A stretch of DNA of 62,935 nt, counting the filler, from Reticulomyxa filosa (lineage: Eukaryota > Protista > Foraminifera), in assembly GCA_000512085.1 (NCBI GenBank). It is 21 parts of 21 records of this genome, joined end to end, with 100 filler letters (N's around TTAATTAATTAA, not from the genome) between each part and the next. Parts side by side here need not be neighbours in the genome. Positions count along the whole stretch, not along the records: positions 52,397 to 56,838 come from ASPP01011493.1; positions 56,939 to 61,782 come from ASPP01012548.1; positions 61,883 to 62,935 come from ASPP01009586.1; 18 more parts are not named here. One strand, given 5' to 3'. The notes beneath the pieces were generated by a model. The model was not told the origin of the DNA. It saw only the letters and a program-made list of their open reading frames with translations, and ran no database searches. The position numbers and the translations under genes are program-made. Of this stretch, positions 52,453 to 62,935 are shown one piece after another; within the stretch, counting starts at the first letter, position 1, and the number at the start of each line of letters is the position of its first letter.

Positions 52453-55400
52453 TTGACAGAAACAGCACTTGCTCAGACTGGAACAGCGCCGACGGTGGCA
52501 ACGGCGACGTCTTCAACGCCTTACGGAAATATCGATGCTAATGGCATGTATGGCCGGTCCATCAGTTACGTGAACCTCTCGATGCCACTTGCCAATCAAA
52601 ATTTTCAAAGCCCCAAAGCGAATATGCCTACGCTCACAACTGCGACGCTGAGCAACACGCACGCGCAGTTGAATCATTACCCTCAGCTTAATGTGATTGC
52701 GGACAGCAACTATTCCGACGGCAGTGCCGATGGCAACAGCAACTTCAACAGTAGCCAATCCACTCTTCCAACTGTCTCGGCTGTGTATTCCAACATCGAG
52801 AAACGCCCCTCCAGCAAAATGGAGATAACTGCGTCACCCCCGCGCATGAGATCCGCACCGCCCCCAATGTCTTATCATCAACATACAAATACTGCTAGTC
52901 CACATGGTTTTGTGTACCAAGGAGAGATTAATCGATTTCAGCCGTATCCAGACAACTTCAAGTTTATATATAAATAAATAAATGAATATACATAATATGT
53001 GTACATATATATGTATATATGTATATATGTTTATGTATGTGTATGTATATAATATGTAGTACATGTCAGATATGGTTTTTTTTCTTATACATATACAAAA
53101 TTAACAAAATACTTGTATGTATACGTTTTACGTGTATTTTGAACCCTTTTTGCGGAATGCAGTTTGATGAATAGTAATGATGTCGCTGGGAGGACATGGA
53201 CGGCCAACACGAGCGTTCGCGAAGCAACTCAATTAAACGCAGGCCATAACGAGGTGATGCAATCCGCTCATTCGTTCTATGACTCGCAAAACACAAACGC
53301 AGTGGAGATACCCGATTCACTTGCTGGCGTTGCCGAAACTGGTGCCAACAACGACCGCAGAAGACGATGTTCGATTAAAAGAGGGGAGGTGTTGAAAGAA
53401 TATGAAAGTGCAAATTCAAATAAAGATCTTCGTAATGTATCGTATGAAAATGTACCGCCATATAATGAACACAACGACGCAGCCAGACAATACTTGGCAG
53501 CCATTGCTGCACAACGAAATAGCAACACAAACACAAGCGTAAATGCAAACGCAAATGTAAATGTAAATGTAAATGTAAATGCAAATGTAAATGCAAGTGT
53601 AAATGCAAATGCAAATGTAAATGCAAATGCAAATACAAGTCTAAACGAACATGAAAAGTCTATTGGAGGTATTTATGCACAACAAAATACGTATAAAAGA
53701 GAAGAAGTAAATCCCATCTTTTCTCAACAACTCACTCTCCAAAACCAGTACAGTGACAACACTTCCACCTACAGACGACGAAGTGAAGATAGCTTGAGTG
53801 TTTTTTCGGCTCCACGCCATTTGGACTACAACAACGACGAGAACGTGGATGGCAGTGTCAACTCGTTTTCCACTGATGCACACACAAACCGTGAGACAGC
53901 CAGCAACTATCATAATAACAACGACGGTGATCATGATCATAATCGTCATCATGATACTGACCGTGATCATGACCATGATCATGACCATGATCATAATCGT
54001 GATAATGATAATAATCGTGATAATGATCATAACAGCCACAATGAAAGAAACAATCTCAACACCGATGATGCCACGAACAATAACAATAGCACGAATAATG
54101 ATAGCAACAATGATACTAGTACTAATGACAATAGTAACAATGAAAACAAACGTCGCCTGAAAAAAATGAAACGTAGCAAATTGGAAAGAGCCTCCACATC
54201 GAAACAGTCAACGTCACCACCGATCGCGAAAAAGCGCAATCGAATTGGTGCCAAAAAAAAAAAACAACAGCCAAGGCGAAGAAACAAAAAATATCAAGTG
54301 ATGAAGACGATATTCTCAGTTATACGTCGTCAGAGCGACCATGGAGCGATGAAAGCAACCACGAAGAGAACGCTGGCGATAACATTGACAATGATAACAT
54401 GCGCAAAAAGACTCCAATGGAGCCCACTCGCATCAAAAAAACACGATTCTTCAACGATAAAACCACAAATGACACGGAAAGGACATTTATGCCCTTTGAC
54501 GAATACGATGACGAGACATTGACAGAAGAGGAAACTGGTTTGTTTAAATGAAATAAAAAATAACAATAATAATTTTTTTTTTTTTAAAGGAATGGAATGG
54601 ATCCAAACAACAAATAGATGAAAGAAGTAGGAATGAGGTATCTGCATACACAAATATGTACACAACAATAGGATCAGAGTCTCAAGAGCCACGTCGATAT
54701 AGTGCTGATGCCTACGCGCGTGATCATGAAAAAAGAATGATGTTATTGCACGATAAAACGCAAAACAAAAAAAAATGGAATGAACGTGCAAAACAAAAAT
54801 TGGAAGAAAGAAAGCAAAAAAAGAAAATGTGGAAAAGAAATAAAACCCAACCTTTTCCAGGAGTGCACAAGCCAAAACAACATGAGTGTATGTTTATTCA
54901 TCTGTTTTGTGTTTCCTCTTTCTCTATCTTCGACCTATTGCTTTGATACTGTTTCAACAGCCAGTCGCTCGAATATTTTGGAAGAGTCTAGTCTTCAGCA
55001 CGATGTGACCGGGGCCATCCCGGAAGAGGGCGAAAGTGGCGAGGAGTTCAACAAAAGCGAGGATGAGGTCCGAAAATCGAGTGAAAATACAAATGTAAAT
55101 ACAAATCAAGTAAGTTCCATCCCTGTAGCCACTCCGGCCGTCTTAGAAAGTACTCCAATGCCGCATGCATCTTCCAATGCAATGCATATTCTGCCATCGC
55201 CTGCAGTTGAAGAATCCAAGTCTGGCCATTTGGACCAGTCTCATCGTTTAGTTATATGTATACGTATACATACATATATATATATACGTTACATTGTTTC
55301 CAATGAAATGATAATAACACCATTTGTTCATTGCATGTGAATTGTGCATATATGATAAAAATGAATGACAGAGAAAAAAACGGATACGTTGACCACACCG

Positions 55401-56665
55401 TCGCCGAAGCATGGAGAAGTGCACTCCAATGTTGATGTTTCGACGACAAAGAAGGATGTGTCGAATGCCGATTCCGGCCACACGACTACGATAACTACGA
55501 TAACGACGACCACCACGACTATAGCCGCAACGACCATAGCTGCTACAATGATGCAAGAGACACATTCCACGGATGACAATGGCGATGAGCGTGGCGGACT
55601 GAAAGTGGTGACAACAAACAACAATAAAGGCGAAACTGCAGTGAACATGGATGTGGAAGTGGACATATCGCCACCACAATTGATGAGTCACGAAAGCCGT
55701 TTAGGATATAACCATCTGCACAACAGTGACTACAGCATTGAAAGTCAATTTCCAATGCCAGAAAATGGCTATGGTTATGACAATGGCAATCATAGCTCGA
55801 TGGCCTCGTCACAAATTGTACATAATAGCAATAAGTCTCTCATCCCAAATGACTCCGATCCCAATTCACAACAGCCGATTGCTCGCAAACACAGCAAAAC
55901 CCAAAGTCTGGGGGCAATTCAGTTTAGTATCAATCTATGCTATGCAAATTGTATACATATACGTATATAAATTTTTTTGTGTGAATGATAATCAGTTTAC
56001 CCACGATCGACGTGAATTGGCAGAATCCAAATCTTCGTGTTCACGAAAGGAAAATGAAGTCATTGGAGTTGTTGCAAATGGAACAGCAAAGGAAAACTGT
56101 GGAAATTGATGGTTCGGATCAGGTGAAAACCGTCAAAAGGAGATCGGTGGGAGCGCTGCCAGCGGTCGATTGGTTGCCGGACCCAAAGTCATTAACGAAT
56201 CCGCAGCCCTTGCCAGATCAACTGTTTACCATAGACCCCTCTCTCCATTTCAAAATCGCAACTGAATCCAAAGGCGTTGCGCCAACGCTTCCGAAACATC
56301 ACGGTGAGAAAAGTGACAGCTCGTCGTGCTATGAGATCTCTTCGGCGATCGATGTTATCACAAAGGCAAAGCACTCTGGAAGATCTCGTGCAAGTGTTGA
56401 CTTTGATCAGGAGCAGCAGATCATTGAGTCGAGTGCTGCCACCACGACCACGACTGCCAATGAGCATAGATCACTTGCGGATCATTTGAAGGACGACAGT
56501 TCCGGTAAAAGCCATCATCCAACTGTCGTCAGAGACTTGGTGTCCGGACGCGAGTTTTTAGTACAAAATTTTGACACTTCGGCTTTGGAACAAAGCTCCA
56601 ATCAAGTGGCGCTTGGAGGGCCAGGAAAGCGTGATCCAACTCAGGAATGGAGTGTCACCGCATAA
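52453..56665 (+). CDS. Large multi-exon low-complexity, probably disordered protein (N/D/H/T/S-rich)
   Basis: Successive plus-strand ORFs (52453, 53164, 54656, 54780, 55365, 55985) separated by TA-rich GT-AG introns; frame break in the A-run near 54253-54265; no domain recognised. Confidence 0.6.
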
Positions 56666-56797
56666 TATCGCTAAATACGTTTGCAAACAAAGGTCCAACT
56701 TTGGGAAGAGGGGGGGAGAAAAAAAAAAAATATATTGCAAGTACGTTTTTATTGAATAAAACCCATTCATTGCCCATTTTGATTGCCGAGCTTTGAG

Positions 56798-56838
<41 letters not shown>

Positions 56839-57029
56839 NNNNNNNNNNNNNNNNNNNNNNNNNNNNNNNNNNNNNNNNNNNNTTAATTAATTAANNNNNN
56901 NNNNNNNNNNNNNNNNNNNNNNNNNNNNNNNNNNNNNNGGGGGGGGAGGGGGGAGGAGGAGGATGAACCAAGCAATGCATGACAATGGATAAATGTTTTT
57001 TTTTTGTGGTGAAATAGAAGGAAGCAATT

Positions 57030-57422
57030 TTGTTTCAGGAATGTCGCTACAAAAAAGACAGTTTTAAAAGCCAAGTGCTGATAGCAGGAGTGACGCAAGT
57101 GAAAACATTGGACTCATTGAAAGAATTGAAAAGGGATGGGTTGGCGCAAGAAGCTCAAAAAGATCGCTCCAAAAGCCAATGGGAGAGTCCAACTCCGCCC
57201 AAAGGAAACATCCTGCTGCAGTTCAAAGACAAACTGCAGGTGATTACCAATTCATTCCCCATTGAACAATTTTATGTACAATTGCACCAGTATGTGTTGA
57301 ATATTGAGCCTGATATTGAAGACATGGAGATGCGTGAAGAATTATACCGACAGTTATTTTTATAACAATAATTGCATATAATAATAACAATAATAAATAA
57401 TAATGGTATCAGTGATAATAAC

Positions 57423-57460
<38 letters not shown>

Positions 57461-60400
57461 TAATAATAACAAATAATAATAATTTATAAAATTGTATTGA
57501 TTGGTAAAAAAAAAAAAAAAAAAAGGAAAATATCCCATCGTTTGTTCGAAATTCGTCCCTGCTATTATGATGGAATGCATGTGATGTCATTCAAAAATCA
57601 AACGGAAGCCAAAAAAGAGATAACCTTTGCGGTGGACGGCAACTTGAGGAGCCGTCCGAACAGGGGAGAGGAAGTGACCGAAGTCAAGAAGGACATGGAA
57701 GTAGACAAGCCGAAGGAGTATAAGGTGCGCTTGACGTTTGTGAAAAAGATATCGCTGGATGACGAGAAGACGACAACAGAGGCACCTTCTCCGTCGGTGC
57801 TGCAAGGCTTAGCCATTTTGAACCGCAGCTATGTGAGCAACGCAGGATACAAAAAATTGCATCCGAAATCAGATGTATGGTTCAAAATGACGGAAAAAGA
57901 AAAGACGAGCAGCGGTGGCGATATTCACCAACGTGGTACCGACATGAATGCTCCTGATTTGCGCATGTTGAATGGCTTCCACTGCGCCCCATTCCAGGGA
58001 CGTCCGAAGACTGTGCTGAAAACCATTAAGCAATGCAAAGGTGTAACAAAATACACGGTTCGAGATTTTATCGATAACAATCGAGATTGGGAAGAAAAGA
58101 TCAAAGGACTGACCGCCGTCGTTATGTACAGTACTTATTCATTTCGTATTTATGACTTTGATAAGTCGAAAACAGAAAGGAGCACGTTTATGAAAGATGG
58201 CAAACCCATTTCCTACAGAGAGTATGTCACTCGCTATAAGAAGTTTGATTGCAGAGATGACGAGCCATGTATGGTGGTTGAACGAAAGCGAAAACGAAAA
58301 GGCTTTAAAAATAAAGAAAAAGACAAGGAAAAGAAAATGAAGATGAGTTTGAATATTCTCATTTCTTGCCCTCGACTTTGATGTTGGTCCCCAGAAATGA
58401 AATGCAAACCAATGAAGCACGAGCTCACTTACGTGTACGCAACACTGTCAGTGGAGAAGAGCACATTTATGGTGCTATTGATTTTCATAAAGATGTTGCC
58501 AGTTCTCGAGGCAATAATTCATTCAAGGTTTTGTTTGTTTTTCTTTTCATATCAAGTTTTTGTACCATGTTAGACATGTTTTGTTTTGTTTTGTTTGTGT
58601 TGCTAAAAGGTTAACACTCAACCCCTGCGAACCTATGGTTTCATACTCAATACCCCCTCAATTGCTCTCATTGAAAAATCCGGCAAACAAATCAAAATTC
58701 CATTGGACCAGAACTTTAATGGAGGACAATGGGGGAGAAACATTGGTGCTGTGCTTCCTCCGCCTTCCGTTAATAAAAAGGGCACTGACTTTAAGTCTCT
58801 GACCATAATGATTTTCCATGACAAAAGAAATGAAGACGCGAAAGAACGATTTTTAGATAATTGGGACGTGTTTATGAAACAAAAACGCCAGTTTCGAGTT
58901 CTACCATTTTTGGATCCGACTGTCAAAGAATTTTCGGTTTCCGAATTGGACACGCTGCGAGACAAGATTCGAAATGAGTGTGATATGGCCATTGTGATTA
59001 TTCCATCTACCGAGGAAGGATCTAAAATCAAGGTTGAGATCACTCGACAAGTCATGTTCCGTCAACACTATTCCGGTTTGGAAAAATCGGAAAAATGGGG
59101 AGGTCACGTGAACCCGACCAAGGATGGCACAAATAAAAGCGCTAACATGCTGAACTTGCAGTTTATAACGGACCACAACTGTGCCAACCCTCATAGTGTT
59201 AGTTCGACCATTGAAAGTTTAATTTTTGTTATAACAAATAAACAAATAAACAATGCTATCACTATTCAATTCAAACCAAACAAATACGAACAATTAATAA
59301 TTAAAAAATAATCAATCGAATAGCTTGTATGGCTAAAGCCGGATTTATATTGTACCAAATCGATCCGCAATTGCCATGCAATCGCATGAACAATTTGCAT
59401 AAGGCATGGGTGATTGGTATCACTCTTCGTCGAGAAGCGAATCGGCCAGCAATATTGGTGCTGACATGCATGCACAATGGCTTGGAAGGATCGATGGTAA
59501 GAACTCATTCTCGATGCATAATGTTACCAGCACACAAACATGTCTGTGCTTTTAATATTTTTTATAAACTTTTTTTACAATTGATGACCGATGGAGCAGA
59601 AATGGCCAAACTGTATGGAGAGGAATTACCTGAAAATATTCTTTGTCTGCGATTGTCTGTTCCAGACGGAGCGTTCCAAGAATTACACAGCAAAGAAATA
59701 CGAGCACTCCGATTGGTTTTGAGAGATTGCAAAAATATTTCCAGAGTATGATTTGACATTGTATTTTTATATTGTGCATGCGACCCACTTGATTTCAATT
59801 TTAAAAAAGGGTGTTTTTTTTTTTTTTCTCGTCTTTCTTATTTAAATTAAAAACTCATTTGAATGAATTGGCGTCGGGTTTTATTTTGTTCATTTGCTTG
59901 CGAAATATTCCAATGTCAATAGAATCCATTAATTGGATGAAATAAAAAGGAGAAAAAGAATATACAAATGGATATTTTGATTGTTTATATAAAATGACGT
60001 TTCTCATATAATTTGTGTGTGTGTGATGTATTATAAATCAATAGAAATGGCTCCCAGAATTGTTTTATGCTGTTGTACAAACACAAATCATTGACCGTTT
60101 CTCTGTTCAAAGCTCCTCCGATAGATTGAGTCCGGTGCAAGATCCAATGGTTGTTGTTGACACTGTAACTACGCCCACATTCAATGAATTTATCATATAT
60201 TTGCCGAAAGTTCAAGAACAAAAGAAAATTATTGGCCAGTACCTTCGTTATATTTGCTTGTGTGACGACTGGAAACTCGGCAATAATTTAGTTTCTTTGG
60301 CTAAAGATCCTGCTTGTTTCAGTGACTTGATCCAATTTATATATTCCACCCACTACAGCTATGTCACTGGAGTTCCTTTTATCAAAGGAGCACCCACATT

Positions 60401-60644
60401 GCCAGCAGTGTTGTTGTGGGCCCGACATTTCGCTGATGTTAATATCTTGTGTTTCATTCTTTTTTAATGAAAATGTCACGTAAAAACGTTTCAAAAAAAT
60501 AAAAATTGCTGCTTGGAAAAAACAAAATAATAGTGGGAAAATGGACTACTCATGAAAGAGGACAGAACCTGGTCTAATATACAGGTGGAAGACAATATAA
60601 ACTTAGGTGGTAAACCTTTTTCCTCGGATATCTCCAAGGCATAA
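57030..60644 (+). CDS. Divergent PIWI/Argonaute-family protein (N-L1-PAZ-L2-MID-PIWI), predicted non-slicing
   Basis: N: VITNSF..LHQYVLNIEP, YYDG, YKVRLTFVKKI. PAZ: GLTAVVMYSTYSFRIYDFD..STFMKDGKPISYREY..DEPCMV..HFLPSTL. MID: AIVIIP, LQF, MAKAG. PIWI: WVIGIT, LPENILCLRLSVPDG, VVQTQIIDRF, VVVDTVTTPTFNEF, LPAVLLWARHFA. Introns 57353-57525, 58528-58609, 59217-59323, about 59746-60044, about 60438-60533. Confidence 0.88.
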
Positions 60645-61216
60645 CCTTTTTTAATAAATACATATAACACATCAAAATAAAACAAATTATAAAAAAAAAG
60701 AAACATTCCACACTGTTGCAACGCCTTGCACAAAGCTTGTTCTTTGTTATGGACAAGGTGTTGCTTTGTTATTTTCGTGGTTGTCGTGTCTTTTTTTTAA
60801 TCTTAAGTCTTTATTAAGAAACCGTGTTTTTCCCTTAAACACAAACATTACACTTCACAAATTTTCGAAAAGTGTGTAAAGTGTATCTCCTATCAAGCAA
60901 CATGCAAACTTAAAAATATTAACCGAGACATTTTTACATTAAACTCTCCTTGATATCAAAACAGTTAAGAATATCTGTTTAAACCCTAGCAACATGGTAA
61001 AACACACTTTCAGATCGTATTCATGCTTCATAAACAGCAGAGTCTGGTTCAGCGGTTTTTTTGAAAGTGTCACAGGAAAAAGTTTAAGAGAGGCGTTTTG
61101 AATGTGCTGCCAATAACAAACGTAATAATCGTTATTATTTTGTGAGCATCGTTCGTGATTGCCAGCATTTTTCATTTTCGCAGTGCATTTTAAAAGGCTC
61201 GTTTTTTAAATCAACC

Positions 61217-61745
61217 ATGTCACAACAAACAGTGCCAAGCCAGAACCAAAGCCCAAACCAAGTTCCGGCTACTCTCACACATTCGCAAAGTACGACAAAT
61301 ATTCTGCCAAGAGTTTCAACGGTGAGCGCAGTTCCTACAACTACTTTGCCAGCCATGCCACGCACTATCCCAATCAAAGCAAGATTGATGGGAGGACCAA
61401 ACAAAACAGTGGACATTGAGATGCCAACTGGAATGAAGATCCGCGAGTTGAAGAATTCGATTGTGGTTATGTTCCCTGATCTCACTGTTTCACGCGTTTT
61501 ATTTGGTGGTCGTCCTTTCCAAGATGATGATGCAACATTAGGTACAAATTTTTTTATATAAACGTTGTGTATAATTTTTTTATTCCAAGTGATATTACAT
61601 CTTTTTTTTAAAATAAAAAAAAATAGCTTCCGTTGGAGTTTACAAAGAGTGTACTGTACAAGTCCAAGTCAAAGAATTGGGCAGTACTGACCCCAAACCA
61701 AATCTTCAGCTTTTGCGAGAAGAGATTGAGTTGAGACGTCAAAGG
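61217..61745 (+). CDS. Protein with an N-terminal ubiquitin-like domain (fragment; intron about 61542-61627)
   Basis: IPIKARLMGGPNKTVDIEM..KIRELKNSI..RVLFGGRPFQDDDATL|ASVGVYKECTVQV fits a beta-grasp UBL. Confidence 0.7.
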
Positions 61746-61899
61746 GTTTTTTTGGGGTTCTTTTTTGTTTTTTTTTTTTTTTNNNNNNNNNNNNNNNNNN
61801 NNNNNNNNNNNNNNNNNNNNNNNNNNTTAATTAATTAANNNNNNNNNNNNNNNNNNNNNNNNNNNNNNNNNNNNNNNNNNNNACACACACACACCTTTC

Positions 61900-62373
61900 C
61901 CGGAAGATGAAGCCTCGCTTTGTTTCATTGCCGTATTGTTGATTGAATTGTTGTGACTGCCTCCATTGAAGGCATTACTTCTATTCATTGTCTCATTGTG
62001 CTCTTTGTAGGTTTGAATTACTGGTCTCACTGTGTCCCAAATCCATTGCACAAAATTTATTGATTTCTTACGTCCAAAAAAATCTTCCAAATCTTTCACT
62101 AACTCTTCTTTTTCTCGAGCATTTCCAATTATCAATGTAACATACTTTTTTTTTGTTTTTTGTTTGTTTGTTTGCTTTTTGTCTTGTTCAACTTTCGCTT
62201 TTTTTGTTTTTTTTTGCTGTACTAACAGCGACTAGATTTTCATCCACTGCATTACCACCTGGAACAAATGATCTCAGTTTCACTCGCAATTGCTGCTTAA
62301 ATACAGTATCCAGAAATTCATTTGGCAAGTATTTTACTTCCAGCACATCTTTGGGATTATCTAGGACAAACAT
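61900..62373 (-). CDS. PWI-like domain protein (Nab2/ZC3H14-like N-terminus), fragment
   Basis: QLRVKLRSF..DENLV|YVTLIIGNAREKEELVKDLEDFFG..SINFVQWIWD fits the PWI helical bundle consensus. Confidence 0.7.
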
Positions 62374-62935
62374 GTTCACTAAGCTTTTTTCATTCCATAC
62401 GTGCTCCCTCCCCCCCCCTCGTTTTTGTTTGTCGTGGTTCTTTCGTGCTGAGCACAAAAATCTCCTAGATGTAGAATTTGCAAGTTGTTTGGAAAATGGT
62501 CGTTTTTGACAGATTAAAAAATTGAAAATCACTCAAATCTACAAAAAGATCGGATCTACTCTTTAATCGACCGGAAAAAACTATTTTGAAAATGGAACTG
62601 TTCCATTTTGCGCGTTTACCAAAATAATGGAGTAACAAAAAAAGTTCTACATAGCCAAACAAAACAAAATAAGAGCACACTAATTACCCCATAGATAGAA
62701 ATCATTCAAGACCGAGCGTAAGAAACAAAAGTGGGACTTGATTACGAAAAGCAAGGACGACATTAGAATGATTTGTCACACATTTTGTAGAAAAAGAAAG
62801 ACTAGGAGAGGAAGAAGAGAGGAGAGGAGGGAAAACAAAAAAGGTTGAAAATGAAATGATTTTTGTGTTTCCCTCCCCCCCTCCCCCTTTCCCCTTCCTT
62901 ATCCACCGTACTGTCGATATTTTTCTCTGTTTTTG

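Noticed and set aside
1-62935. A cluster of RNA-silencing/RNA-processing genes (PIWI, DDX6, PUF, CWC27, PWI, NSUN) as one system
   Set aside because: They lie mostly on different contigs joined artificially; only CWC27 and PUF share a contig, and they are convergent with no evident link.

Overview
This is not a continuous locus. It is 21 short contigs of an AT-rich, intron-containing eukaryotic draft assembly, joined by 20 identical artificial 100-nt spacers (44 N + TTAATTAATTAA + 44 N), so adjacency across spacers means nothing. Short GT-AG introns, poly-Asn tracts and the WD40/Kelch family signatures suggest a foraminiferan-like rhizarian such as Reticulomyxa (inference from memory, not searched). 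Recognisable genes: NSUN-type m5C methyltransferase, aldehyde dehydrogenase, DDX6/Dhh1, CWC27, ATG16L-like WD40, Pumilio, sulfotransferase, Kelch-like propeller, RNF213-like AAA+ fragment, 7TM protein, dolichol-kinase-like and XK-like membrane proteins, and UBL and PWI domain proteins. Best leads: (1) a spliced gene with a RelA/SpoT-synthetase-like nucleotidyltransferase domain between ankyrin-like repeats (7370-10728); (2) a near-complete, very divergent PIWI/Argonaute that has lost its slicer residues and part of its 5'-phosphate pocket (57030-60644); (3) a recurrent intron layout with a T-tract after GT and an A-tract, not a pyrimidine tract, before AG; (4) a decayed LINE-type reverse transcriptase invisible in the ORF track; (5) a DEP+RCC1 fusion. 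All family calls are by-eye motif recognition; no searches were run. Exon boundaries were inferred by hand.
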